Below, in pieces: positions 24,814-33,893 of a stretch of DNA of 60,480 nt. The first letter of the stretch is position 1; each line of letters starts with the position of its first letter. Source of the stretch: an uncultured bacterium (lineage in GTDB: Bacteria; RBG-13-66-14); contig CAZNZF010000001.1 of NCBI GenBank assembly GCA_964577465.1, positions 1-60,480 of the forward strand, in the 5' to 3' direction. The notes under the pieces were generated by a model, which did no database searches, was not told the DNA's origin, and was given only the letters and a program-made list of their open reading frames with translations. A program made the translations under genes and the position numbers.

Positions 24814-26022
24814 TTAAGCCTTGACCGCCGCCGGCTCGTGCTGGCGGACGTTTAAGTATCCGTAATCGTCCACGCTCTTGCCCCCGAGCAGCCGGAACAG
24901 GTCCTCAAAGACCTCCTCGATGTGGTAGGTCTCTATCTGGCGACCGCCCAGACCGTACATCCGGCTGATGACCTCGGGACGGGAATCCATCTCGTACATG
25001 GCCGAGCGCAGCTCGTTGTATATCGGCCCGCCCATGGCGCCGAAGCTCACCGCGCGGTCCATCATCGCCACGCACTTCACGTGGGCCAGGGCCTGGGTGA
25101 GTTCCTCGCCGGGGAAGGGGCGGAAGACCCGCAGGTTTATAGCACCGGCCTTCCTGCCCTGCTCACGGAACCGGTCCACCACGATGTTGACCGTCCCGCC
25201 GGTGGAGTTGAGGACCACGATGGCCACCTCGGCGTCCTCCAGTTTGTAGGAGCGGAAGTAGCCGTCGTCCCGCGTTCCGAACTCCCTGGAGAACTCCCGG
25301 GACACGTCGAGGACGACCTTGCGGGCGGCCTCCATCGCGTCTACCTGGCCCCGCTTGTGCTCGAAGTAGTAGTCGTGCAGGTCCAACGGACCCATCGTCA
25401 ACGGCAGGGCGGGGTCGAGCAGGGGGTACTGCGGGTGGTACTCGCCGATGAACTTCTTCACCTTGGCTATGTCGTGGATGAGCACGTTCTCCATGCCGTG
25501 GCTGGTGATGAAGCCGTCGAAGTTGACCATCACCGGCAGCAGCACGTCGGGGTGCTCGGCGATGCGGATCGCCTGAATCGTGTTCTCGTAGGCTTCCTGG
25601 GCGTTCACGCAGAAGAGCTGTATCCAGCCCGAATCCCGGCACAGCATGGCGTCGGAGTGGTCGCAGTGGATGTTGATCGGGCCGGAGAGGGCGCGGTTGA
25701 CGACGGGCATGACGATGGGCAGCCGCAGGGAGGCGGCGATGTAGACGATTTCGGTCATGAGCGCCAGGCCGTTGGCGCTGGTGGCGGTCATGGTCCGGGC
25801 CCCGCCCGCCTCGCTGCCCACGCAAGCGCTCATCGCCGAGTGCTCGCTCTCCACCAGGATGAGCTCGGTGGACACGTCGCCGTCGGCGTGGAAGTCGGCG
25901 AACTTCTGCATTAAACTCGTCTGGGGCGTGATGGGGTAGGCGGCCACGACGTCGGGGTCGATCTGCATCATCGCGTAGGCGGCCGCCTGATTCCCTGTCA
26001 AGGCGAGCATTTTATCAGGCAC
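24814..26022 (-). CDS. porA: 2-oxoacid (pyruvate):ferredoxin oxidoreductase, alpha subunit
   Basis: 402-aa ORF with N-terminal LTGNQAAAYA....AAYPITPQT, typical of PorA/VorA. Confidence 0.9.
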   Translation of the reverse strand: MPDKMLALTGNQAAAYAMMQIDPDVVAAYPITPQTSLMQKFADFHADGDVSTELILVESEHSAMSACVGSEAGGARTMTATSANGLALMTEIVYIAASLRLPIVMPVVNRALSGPINIHCDHSDAMLCRDSGWIQLFCVNAQEAYENTIQAIRIAEHPDVLLPVMVNFDGFITSHGMENVLIHDIAKVKKFIGEYHPQYPLLDPALPLTMGPLDLHDYYFEHKRGQVDAMEAARKVVLDVSREFSREFGTRDDGYFRSYKLEDAEVAIVVLNSTGGTVNIVVDRFREQGRKAGAINLRVFRPFPGEELTQALAHVKCVAMMDRAVSFGAMGGPIYNELRSAMYEMDSRPEVISRMYGLGGRQIETYHIEEVFEDLFRLLGGKSVDDYGYLNVRQHEPAAVKA

Positions 26023-26053
26023 GGCAAAACCTCCTCGGGGCTCGTAACCCCGC

Positions 26054-26998
26054 TTACTTGCTGGTCTCCTTGACCATGGTGATGGCCTTGACCTTGGGGG
26101 GGCACACCTCGGCGCAGATGCCGCAGCCCTTGCAGTGCACGAGGTCGTGACCGGTCATCTTCCCGGTCTCGGGGTCGAAGGTGATGGCCGCGTCGGGACA
26201 GAAGATGAAGCAGCGGAAGCAGTGGGTGCATTTCTCGGAGTCCCAGACCGGCCGGTCGGCGCGCCAGGCGCCCGTGTTGTAGTCCTCGGCGTTGCCGGCC
26301 CGCATGTAGGGGTGCAGCTTCGAGGCCACGATGTAGCCGGCCCGGGGGAGCTCCTTGTAGCTCTCGTTCCCGTACTTGGGCTCGGCCAGTTGGCCGCGGC
26401 CGCCGGGCCCCTTAGCGTCTCCCGGCTTGGAGATAGAGACCGCCGCCTCCCGGATGGCCTTGATGTTCCCCTCGAGCACGTCCTTGGAGAACACGTCCGC
26501 GTAGTTGGCCTTGAAGCTGGCGCAGATGTCGTCGGCGGAGAGCACGTCGATGAGGCCCGTCAAGGCGCCGATGGTGGGGGTGTTCGGCATCCGGCGGCCC
26601 AGGTACTTCCGGCTGATGGCGGTGGCGTCCACGGTGAAGATGCGGAACCGGTGGCCGTCGACGATGTTCTCGCGGACCTCGGCCGGCGAAAGCTCCGTGT
26701 TGACCAACAGAATCCCGTCTTCCTTCAGCCCCTCGCTCACATCCACCACGTTCAACAGCGTCTCGTCCAGGACGATGACGATGTCGGGGTCGGTGACGGA
26801 GGAGTAGATGGTTATCGGTGAGTCCGAGATTCGGTTGAAGGCCTTGATCGGGGCGCCCATGCGCTCGGAGCCGTATTCGGGGAAGGACTGGACGTACTTG
26901 CCCGACTCCAGGGCCGCGTCGGCGAGCACCTTGGAGGCCGTCACCGCGCCCTGTCCGCCCCGAGCGTGCCAGCGCAGCTCAAGCATCTTGGGCATCAA
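26054..26998 (-). CDS. 2-oxoacid:ferredoxin oxidoreductase gamma subunit fused to a delta (2x[4Fe-4S]) domain
   Basis: 314-aa ORF with gamma motif RGGQGAVTASKVLA at the N-terminus. The C-terminal 70 aa carry CTHCFRCFIFCP and CKGCGICAEVCP ferredoxin motifs. Confidence 0.88.
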   Translation of the reverse strand: MMPKMLELRWHARGGQGAVTASKVLADAALESGKYVQSFPEYGSERMGAPIKAFNRISDSPITIYSSVTDPDIVIVLDETLLNVVDVSEGLKEDGILLVNTELSPAEVRENIVDGHRFRIFTVDATAISRKYLGRRMPNTPTIGALTGLIDVLSADDICASFKANYADVFSKDVLEGNIKAIREAAVSISKPGDAKGPGGRGQLAEPKYGNESYKELPRAGYIVASKLHPYMRAGNAEDYNTGAWRADRPVWDSEKCTHCFRCFIFCPDAAITFDPETGKMTGHDLVHCKGCGICAEVCPPKVKAITMVKETSK

Positions 26999-27050
26999 TT
27001 CCTCCTCTGGGCAAAAAAAGGGATGCGCGTTTATACGCGGTTTGGGCTAG

Positions 27051-27087
27051 AAAAAAGCCAGCCGGATACTAACAGATAGCCGGCTGG
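27051..27087 (-). terminator. Rho-independent terminator after rmuC
   Basis: The minus strand has a CCAGCCGG...CCGGCTGG stem followed by CTTTTTTC. It lies between rmuC and the por operon start. Confidence 0.65.
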
Positions 27088-27123
27088 AATACAAGGCGTC
27101 GCGGACCGTGGAATGCAGTTATT

Positions 27124-28443
27124 TCAGGACCCGCCCTCCCCGTCCGGCGGCGTCCCCGATTCCCCCCCGGGCAACAGCTCCGGGGCCTGTATCCGACGGA
27201 GCTGGACGTCTTTTTCGTCCAGGAGGGGGAGCTCCCGGGTCGTGGTTATGTCCAACTCCTTTATCCTCCGGGCCGAGGGCAGCACGTTGCGTTCCAATGA
27301 CCCCACCAGGTTGTTGTAGTTCTCCAGGGCCTTCACCAGGCTCCGTCCGAGGTTGTCTATGTGCTCGGTCATCGTGCACAGCCGCTCGAATATCTCCCGG
27401 CCCTGGGCGGCGATTTTCTGCGCGTTCTTCTGGAGCGCCTCCTCGCGCCACCCCTGTTTCACCGCCAGCAAGAGGGACATCAGGCTCAGAGGGGAGCTCA
27501 ACAGCACGCCCTGTTCGAGACCGTGCTCGATCAAGGTGGGGTCGTATTCCAGAGCGGCGGCGAAGAAGGATTCCACGTTCAGGAACTGGATGACGAACTC
27601 GGGAGACCTGTCGAACTGCATCCAGTAATCCTTCTTGCCGAGGTCCCTCATCCGGTCCTTGACGGTCCGGGCAAACTCCTTGAGCTCGTGCCGGCGCTCC
27701 TCGTCGGTCTTCTTCTCCTGGGCCTGCAGGTAGTGGTCCGCCGAGGTCTTGGCGTCGATGACGACTATCCGCTCGTTGGGGAGGTAAATGACCATGTCGG
27801 GGCGCAACCTTCCCCCCTCGCCCTCCACGGAGACCTGCTCCTCGAAATCCACGTGCTCCTGCATCCCCGCCAACTCCACCAGCCGCCTTAGCTGGACCTC
27901 CCCCCAACGACCGCGCACGCCGGGGCGCTTGAGCGCGTCCAGCAGCCTGCCGGTTTCATCGTCCAGCTTGCCGATAAGGCTCTGTTGCTGGTCGAGCGTG
28001 GTTTTCAGCTCGGTCGTCTGTTTGCGGTATTCGTCCAGCGCGTTTGAAAGAGGCTGGATGGTTTTATCCACCTCTTTGCGTTTATTTTCGAAATTTTCCT
28101 CGGCCAGCAGCAGGAAATCCTTCTTGCTCGTGACGAGCGCCTCCTGGGCCAGTGCCTGGAACACGTCCCTGAATTTCTTCTCCGTCTCTTCGAGCATCCG
28201 GCGCTGCTCGGCGATATTTTCCTTCTCTTTCTCGTACCGGGCTTCCGCCTCCTTGATTCTTCCCTCCGCCGAGCGCAGTAGGAGCTCCAGCTCGCCCCTC
28301 TGCTTGATGAGTTCGGTCTTGTCCTCCTTGAGCTCCGAGATGACCGGGGACTGGTCGCCGCGGGTTTTAGCGGTCAACCGACCGATCCATACCCCCAGCG
28401 CCAAGCCCGCCACGAGCCCGATACCCACGTACACCAGTTCCAT
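27124..28443 (-). CDS. rmuC: DNA recombination protein RmuC
   Basis: 439-aa ORF with an N-terminal TM helix, a long coiled-coil and a C-terminal RmuC nuclease-like domain. Confidence 0.88.
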   Translation of the reverse strand: MELVYVGIGLVAGLALGVWIGRLTAKTRGDQSPVISELKEDKTELIKQRGELELLLRSAEGRIKEAEARYEKEKENIAEQRRMLEETEKKFRDVFQALAQEALVTSKKDFLLLAEENFENKRKEVDKTIQPLSNALDEYRKQTTELKTTLDQQQSLIGKLDDETGRLLDALKRPGVRGRWGEVQLRRLVELAGMQEHVDFEEQVSVEGEGGRLRPDMVIYLPNERIVVIDAKTSADHYLQAQEKKTDEERRHELKEFARTVKDRMRDLGKKDYWMQFDRSPEFVIQFLNVESFFAAALEYDPTLIEHGLEQGVLLSSPLSLMSLLLAVKQGWREEALQKNAQKIAAQGREIFERLCTMTEHIDNLGRSLVKALENYNNLVGSLERNVLPSARRIKELDITTTRELPLLDEKDVQLRRIQAPELLPGGESGTPPDGEGGS

Positions 28444-28575
28444 CTCCGCCTCCTTCGCCTACCTCAATAGCTTACCACAACCCTATGACAACCCGGGTCC
28501 GCGATTTGGCAAGGCGCGGGGATTGCTGCTAAAATTATAACAGTCGAATTAAAACGTAACCGCGGAGAGCGCGCC

Positions 28576-29367
28576 ATGCCCGATTCCCAAGACCCCGCCG
28601 GACCCGCGAACCCCCTGGCCGGAGTCGGCCTCGACGCGGATTCGAGCGTCACCGGCCTCTACTCCCCGAGCCGTCTCTCCGACCCGAAGACCCTGCAGAA
28701 ACGTGAGACGTTCTGCGCCGAAGTGCTGGGGACCCGTCCCCTGGGCGGCACGGCCCTGGAGGTCGGCTGCGGGGTGGGATACCTGACCAATGCCTTGGCC
28801 GGGCGCTCCGGGCACGTGGTCGCCCTGGACCGCTCGCTGACCCACTGCATCGTGGCCGTCTCCATCCTCTACTCCCTGGGCCGGGAGAACGTCACCGTCT
28901 TCCACGGGAGCCTGCCGGGGCTGGCCGGACCGAAGGACAAGGTGGTCGCGCCCCGCGAGCGCTCCTTCGTCCTGGTCGTCTCCTACGACGGCCTCCGCCG
29001 GGAGAACCTCGTAAATTTCTCCCAGTTGAGCCGATACATAGCGCCGATGGGGATGGCGCTCATCGCCTTCCCGTCGTGGTGGTTCGGAGAGGGAAAGAGC
29101 GACCTGGAGCGGAAGCTCTACGCGCGGGGTTTCGACGCCGGCTGGGAGGACGGCGACCTGGTGGTGGGCGGGGGACTGGAGGAACTGGCCCGGGGCGAGA
29201 CGCCGCCCGAGCTCATCAATCTGCCCTACGCCGCGGCCATGAGCAACCTCCCCGGGGTGTACGATTTCAAGGCCAAGCGGCCCCACCCCGAATGGCGCGG
29301 ACCGGAAACCTTCAAGGTCGGCATGTCCTGGCGGCTCTTTCATCTGACCGCGGGGTGGGAGGCGTAA
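28576..29367 (+). CDS. Class I SAM-dependent methyltransferase
   Basis: 263-aa ORF with motif I LEVGCGVGYLT and an acidic post-I residue (VVALD). Confidence 0.7.
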   Translation: MPDSQDPAGPANPLAGVGLDADSSVTGLYSPSRLSDPKTLQKRETFCAEVLGTRPLGGTALEVGCGVGYLTNALAGRSGHVVALDRSLTHCIVAVSILYSLGRENVTVFHGSLPGLAGPKDKVVAPRERSFVLVVSYDGLRRENLVNFSQLSRYIAPMGMALIAFPSWWFGEGKSDLERKLYARGFDAGWEDGDLVVGGGLEELARGETPPELINLPYAAAMSNLPGVYDFKAKRPHPEWRGPETFKVGMSWRLFHLTAGWEA

Positions 29368-29377
29368 CGCGGACAAT

Positions 29378-29413
29378 GAAAAACGGGAGGTCACGGACCT
29401 CCCGATTTTTTTT
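29378..29413. terminator. Bidirectional terminator between the methyltransferase gene and rpmB
   Basis: CGGGAGGTC-ACG-GACCTCCCG perfect 9-bp stem, flanked by an A-run on the left and T8 on the right. Confidence 0.75.
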
Positions 29414-29428
29414 GAAATTGAAAACCGG

Positions 29429-29617
29429 TTACGGCTTGACGACCTTCCCGGAACGCAGGCACCGCGTGCAGACGCGAATCCGCTTCACTTTCCCGTCCAC
29501 CACGGCGCGGACCCGCTGGATGTTGGGCTTGAAGACGCGCTTGGTGTGCCGCAGCGAGTGGCTGACGTTGGACCCCGAGCTGCTTTCCTTGCCGCAGATG
29601 TCGCACCGTAGGCTCAT
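29429..29617 (-). CDS. rpmB: 50S ribosomal protein L28
   Basis: 62-aa [13 protein letters not shown]....G.NVSHS...TKR.F.PN.Q, the canonical L28 sequence. Confidence 0.92.
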   Translation of the reverse strand: MSLRCDICGKESSSGSNVSHSLRHTKRVFKPNIQRVRAVVDGKVKRIRVCTRCLRSGKVVKP

Positions 29618-29780
29618 GACGCCGTCCTTATTTCTCCGGATGAGCGGCGGTAGCCTAACACGCCCGCGAGCCGCCTGTCAAGAGGCGGTCCCGGACGCCG
29701 CCGTCGGGGTGGCGGGGGTCCCGGCGCTGCGTTATAATCACCGCGCCACACGAGGGGTATCTGCGCCCGAAGGGAAATCC

Positions 29781-31397
29781 ATGAGCTACCAGGTCATCGC
29801 GCGCAAATGGCGGCCCCAGGTTTTCGGCGAGGTCATCGGCCAGCAGCACATCTGCCGGATGCTCCAGAATGCCGTGAGCCAGGGCCGCGTCGGACACGCC
29901 TACCTCTTCGCCGGGCCGCGGGGGGTGGGCAAGACCACCACGGCCCGCCTGTTGGCCAAGGCGCTCAACTGCGTGACCGGCCCCACGGCGGAGCCCTGCA
30001 ATGCGTGCGACCAGTGCCGCTCCATCGCGTCCGGGGCCAACGTGGACGTCATCGAAATCGACGCCGCCTCGAACCGCGGAATAGACGAAATCCGGACGCT
30101 GCGGGAGAACGTGAAGTTCGCCCCGGCGGGCGGCCGCTATAAAATCTACATCATCGACGAGGTTCACATGCTCACCCGGGAGGCCTTCAACGCCCTTTTA
30201 AAGACGCTGGAGGAGCCACCCGAGCACGCCGTTTTCATCCTGGCCACCACCGACCCGGACAAGCTACCCCCCACGATAACCAGCCGCTGCCAGCGGCTCA
30301 CCTTCCGCCGCATCCCCACGGGTGAAATCGCCGCGCTCCTGGAGCGCATCGCCCGCGAGGAGGACTATGAGCTGGACCACGAGGCGGCACTTCTGGCGGC
30401 CCGTTCCGCGAGCGGGGCCATCCGCGACGCCGAGAGCACCCTGGAGCAGCTCTTCGCGTACGGGGAGAAGCGGATCACCCTCCAGGACGCGCGGACCGTC
30501 CTGGGCAAGGTCGGCGTGGATACCCTGGTGGAGTTGACGGTGGCCGTTCTGGACGGCGACGCCGCGGCCGTCGTCCGCCGGGTCACCGAGACGGTGGATT
30601 CGGGAATCGACCCGCGGGCGCTCGCCGAGGAGCTCCTGGACCTGTGGCGCGACCGGTTCATCCTCTCCCTGGGCGGCGAGGCCGCGGGACTGGTCGAGGG
30701 GTCGGCCGAGCGGGCCCCCGCCGCATCGGAACGCGCCGTCCCGCCGGAGACCTGGCTCTCGCTCCTGGCCCCCCTGCGCCGGGCCGTGGTGGAGCTCAAG
30801 CTCTCCCGCCAGCCGCGCCTGACCCTGGAGCTGGCCCTGGTGGAGCTGTCCCGGCTGCCCAGGCTGATTTCCCTGACCGAGCTGGCCGAGAAGCTGCGGG
30901 GCGCACAGGGGGAAAACCCGCCCGCCGCGCAAAAAAAAACTCGACCCCCGACCGATGAGGGATTGAGCACAGAACCCGGGGGGCGGGAGGACGGAACCTG
31001 GGAGGAGTTCCTCCCCCACCTGCGGAAGGCGAACACGAGCGTCGGGGCCTTCGCCGCGGAGGCCCGGGGGGTCCGCCTGGAGGACGACCGGCTCATCCTC
31101 GTTTTCCCGCCCGAGTTCAGCTTCCACCACCAGCAGCTCCGCAAGATGGAGAACGTGCGCGTCGTGGAGCGGGCCGCGACGGAGTTCTTTTCGAGGCCTA
31201 TAACCTTCGAGGCACTCCTGGAGACCCCGCCCAAGGACCGGGAAGGAACGGCCGCGGAAAATGTCAAGGAGCGCCCGGCGGTCGGCGCCGACCTGGACGG
31301 CCTCTCGTCCAAGGACCGGCAGGTCGTACAGAGGACCATCGAGGTTTTCGACGCCCGGGTGGTCAGGGTGGAGGGGGAGCGCCGGGGCGAGACGTAA
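29781..31397 (+). CDS. dnaX: DNA polymerase III subunits tau/gamma
   Basis: ATG at 29781, in frame with track ORF 29076-31397. The product starts MSYQVIARKWRPQ.F..V.GQ, has Walker A GPRGVGKTT, a zinc module CNACDQC and Walker B IIDEVHML. Confidence 0.92.
   Translation: MSYQVIARKWRPQVFGEVIGQQHICRMLQNAVSQGRVGHAYLFAGPRGVGKTTTARLLAKALNCVTGPTAEPCNACDQCRSIASGANVDVIEIDAASNRGIDEIRTLRENVKFAPAGGRYKIYIIDEVHMLTREAFNALLKTLEEPPEHAVFILATTDPDKLPPTITSRCQRLTFRRIPTGEIAALLERIAREEDYELDHEAALLAARSASGAIRDAESTLEQLFAYGEKRITLQDARTVLGKVGVDTLVELTVAVLDGDAAAVVRRVTETVDSGIDPRALAEELLDLWRDRFILSLGGEAAGLVEGSAERAPAASERAVPPETWLSLLAPLRRAVVELKLSRQPRLTLELALVELSRLPRLISLTELAEKLRGAQGENPPAAQKKTRPPTDEGLSTEPGGREDGTWEEFLPHLRKANTSVGAFAAEARGVRLEDDRLILVFPPEFSFHHQQLRKMENVRVVERAATEFFSRPITFEALLETPPKDREGTAAENVKERPAVGADLDGLSSKDRQVVQRTIEVFDARVVRVEGERRGET
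30931..30939 (+). other. A9 slippery run inside dnaX (candidate tau/gamma recoding site)
   Basis: C AAA AAA AAA C at codons 384-387. The -1 frame stops at 30956-30958 and the +1 frame stops at 30964-30966. Confidence 0.5.
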
Positions 31398-31411
31398 CGG
31401 ACGCGCGGGAG

Positions 31412-31765
31412 GTGGCTTCAATGACTGCCGGCGGCTTCGAAGGCATAATGGCCCAGGCCCAGCGGCTTCAGGCGAAGATCGCCGAGGTCCAGGCCCGGCT
31501 GGCGGAGACCTTCGTCGAGGGCCAATCCGGCGGCGGCCTGGTGAAGGTCAAGATGAACGGGCGCCACGACGTCACCCGCGTAGTCATAGAGCCGGGGGCC
31601 GCGGGCTCCGGGGACGTGGAGCTCCTCGAGGACCTCATCGTTGCAGCCGTCGCCGACGCCAGGGTCAAGGCCGACGAGATGGTGCACGAGGAGATGGCCC
31701 GGGCCGCGCAGGAGGCGGGCATCCCCCCGGCAATCGCCGAGCAGATGATGGGCGGCGGCTTTTAA
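31412..31765 (+). CDS. ybaB: Nucleoid-associated protein YbaB/EbfC
   Basis: 117-aa ORF immediately after dnaX, with the typical ...MAQAQRLQAKI.E.Q..L......G.SGGGLVKV..NG pattern. Confidence 0.88.
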   Translation: MASMTAGGFEGIMAQAQRLQAKIAEVQARLAETFVEGQSGGGLVKVKMNGRHDVTRVVIEPGAAGSGDVELLEDLIVAAVADARVKADEMVHEEMARAAQEAGIPPAIAEQMMGGGF

Positions 31766-31846
31766 AAACATGGCCGGCCGCCCGCCGGCGTTGGATTTAT
31801 GGCCGAAACTGGGCTATACTACCAGCGGAACACACTGGAGCGGCCC

Positions 31847-32335
31847 ATGAGCGCCGAGCAAGAAATCCCAGTCGACGTGGCCGGCATCGCCTTCGACCCC
31901 AAGAAGAAGTCGCCGGTGGTCATCCTGCGCGACGCCGCCGCCGAGCGCGTCCTGCCCATCTGGGTCGGCTCCTTCGAGGCCAACGCCATCATCGCCGAGA
32001 AGGAGCACGTGAAGTCGCCGCGGCCCATGACCCACGACCTCCTGAAGCGGGTGGTACTCACCCTGGGCGCCGCCGTGGACCGCCTGGTCATCACCGAGAT
32101 TCGGGACAACACCTTCTACGCCGAGCTGCACCTGATGTACGGCGAGGACGAAATTCTGGTGGACTGCCGGCCCTCCGACGGCATCGCCCTGGCGCTGCGC
32201 TTCAACGCCCCGATTTTCGTGGCCGAGTCGGTGCTCGCCTTCGAGGAGTCCAAGCAGCAGTCGGCGATTTTAAACTCCGAGGACCTCTCCCGTTTCCTGG
32301 ACGGCCTGACCCCAGACGACTTCGAGAAGCGCTGA
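31847..32335 (+). CDS. Bifunctional nuclease (BFN/DUF151) domain protein
   Basis: Start taken at MSAEQEIPV. The product contains PVVILRD....VLPIWVG..EA.AI and RPMTHDL motifs typical of DUF151. The track ORF starts at 31799. Confidence 0.75.
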   Translation: MSAEQEIPVDVAGIAFDPKKKSPVVILRDAAAERVLPIWVGSFEANAIIAEKEHVKSPRPMTHDLLKRVVLTLGAAVDRLVITEIRDNTFYAELHLMYGEDEILVDCRPSDGIALALRFNAPIFVAESVLAFEESKQQSAILNSEDLSRFLDGLTPDDFEKR

Positions 32336-32362
32336 GGGCCGTGCGGTGGCCGGTGGGTGGTT

Positions 32363-32385
32363 GAGAACCGAGGGGTTCTTTTTTA
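32363..32385 (+). terminator. Rho-independent terminator 1 after the nuclease gene
   Basis: GAGAACC-GAGG-GGTTCT followed by a T-run. Confidence 0.6.
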
Positions 32386-32437
32386 TACGGAAAGAGTGAC
32401 GCCGTCACCCGTAGTCTTCTTTAAACCAACGGAAAAC

Positions 32438-32460
32438 GAGAACCGCGAGGTTCTTTTTTT
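32438..32460 (+). terminator. Rho-independent terminator 2 (near-duplicate of terminator 1)
   Basis: GAGAACC-GCGA-GGTTCT followed by T7. It uses the same stem sequence as the hairpin 75 nt upstream. Confidence 0.55.
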
Positions 32461-32482
32461 ACATTGGAAGAAAGCCCGAAAA

Positions 32483-32687
32483 ACGGGCGGTGTACGGAGC
32501 CCCCGCCCTACATCCGATGTGAAATTGTGTAGGGCGGCCCCGTAGGATGAATCCTCTGCGGGCCGCCGTTTTAAATAAGCGGCGGGGAAAGGATTCCCCG
32601 CCCTACGACCGATACAATAATCCGTAGGGCGGCAGCTCTGTATGCCGCCCTAGTCGAAGCGGCGGGGATAGAAATCCCCGCCCTACA
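32483..32687. repeat. REP/BIME-like cluster B (GTAGGGCGG-headed palindromes, both orientations)
   Basis: Units lie at about 32483-32512, 32529-32568, 32581-32606, 32624-32653 (GTAGGGCGGCA...TGCCGCCCTAG) and 32661-32687. The units at 32581 and 32661 (GGCGGGGA-N-TCCCCGCCCTAC) are inverted copies of unit 23357-23382. Confidence 0.6.
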
Positions 32688-32711
32688 TTTGGAACCACGC
32701 AATTGCCCATC

Positions 32712-33893
32712 CTACCGCTTCAGCATCCCGATGATTTCCGGGATGACCTCGTGGAGGTCGCCCACGATGCCGAAGTCGGCGTAGTTGAAAATCGGCGCCC
32801 GCGGGTCCCGGTTGATGGCCACGATGTGCTCCGCGGTTTTCATACCGGCCAGGTGCTGGACGGAGCCGGAGATGCCGCAGGCCACGTAGAGCTTGGGCCG
32901 GACGGTGCGGCCGGTCTGTCCCACCTGGTGGGGGTAGGGAATCCAGCCGGCGTCCACGGCGGCGCGGCTGGCCCCCACGGCGGCGCCCAGCGCCTCGGCC
33001 AGGTCGCGGATGAGCTTGAAATTTTCCGGCTTGCCCACCCCGCGCCCCCCGGAGACGATGACCCGCGCGTCGGCGATGTTGACCTCGGGCTCGGAGGCGA
33101 TGAAGCGCTTGAGGACCGCCTTGAGCTCCGCCTTGGACAGGGCCACGGTGTCCCGGACGAGCTGGCCCTCGTGGCCGGGCGTCGGGACGGGGGCGAAGAC
33201 CTTCGGGCGGACGGTGGCCATCTGGGGGCGGTGGTTCGGGGTGATGATGGTGGCCATGATGTTGCCGCCGAAGGCCGGCCGGGTCTGGAGGAGCCGCCGG
33301 TTCTCGCGGTCGATGGAAAGCCCGGTGCAGTCGGCGGTCAGGCCGGTGTGGAGTCGTGTGGCCAGCGCTCCGGCCCAGTCGCGGCCGTTGGCCGTGGCGC
33401 CGAAGAGGATGACTTCGGGACGGTGATACTCCACCACCTGGGCCGCCGCCTCGACGAAAGTGTCGTTCGAATAACGACCAAGGAGCGGGTGCTCGGCGAG
33501 GTGCACCACGTCGGCACCGTGGGCGATGAGCCCGTCCACCAGGTGCCCGACGTCGTCACCCAGCAGGAGCGCCGACAGCGGCACGTCCAGGTCGTCGGCC
33601 AGCTCCCGCCCCTTGCCGAGGAGCTCCAGGCTCACCGCGGCGACCTTCTTCGACTGCAGTTCCACCGCCACCCACACCCCGCGGTAATCTGCGAGGTCCA
33701 CCCCGCCGGCGGCGTCGGGGCGGTCGAGGATGATGGCCTCGACGGGGCAACTCTCGACGCAGGCGCCGCAGTCGGTGCAGCGCTCGTTCACCCGGGCCAG
33801 CTCCTCCACCATCTCGAGGGCGCCGAAGGGGCAGACCTTCACGCACGCGGCGCAGCCGATGCAGAGCCTCTCGGAGATGCGCAGGTACGGCAT
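32712..33893 (-). CDS. etfA: Electron transfer flavoprotein alpha subunit with an N-terminal 2x[4Fe-4S] ferredoxin domain
   Basis: ATG at 33893 overlaps the etfB TGA. The N-terminus has [12 protein letters not shown] and [12 protein letters not shown]; the C-terminal FAD motif reads [12 protein letters not shown]. Only the last 393 codons of track ORF 32712-34679 are taken. Confidence 0.88.
   Translation of the reverse strand: MPYLRISERLCIGCAACVKVCPFGALEMVEELARVNERCTDCGACVESCPVEAIILDRPDAAGGVDLADYRGVWVAVELQSKKVAAVSLELLGKGRELADDLDVPLSALLLGDDVGHLVDGLIAHGADVVHLAEHPLLGRYSNDTFVEAAAQVVEYHRPEVILFGATANGRDWAGALATRLHTGLTADCTGLSIDRENRRLLQTRPAFGGNIMATIITPNHRPQMATVRPKVFAPVPTPGHEGQLVRDTVALSKAELKAVLKRFIASEPEVNIADARVIVSGGRGVGKPENFKLIRDLAEALGAAVGASRAAVDAGWIPYPHQVGQTGRTVRPKLYVACGISGSVQHLAGMKTAEHIVAINRDPRAPIFNYADFGIVGDLHEVIPEIIGMLKR

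Noticed and set aside
29618-29780. A search for an SRP RNA (ffs) gene, which often lies immediately upstream of dnaX.
   Set aside because: The 163-nt rpmB-dnaX spacer has no domain IV-like GGAAGCAGCC / GNAR-loop motif and no suitable long hairpin.
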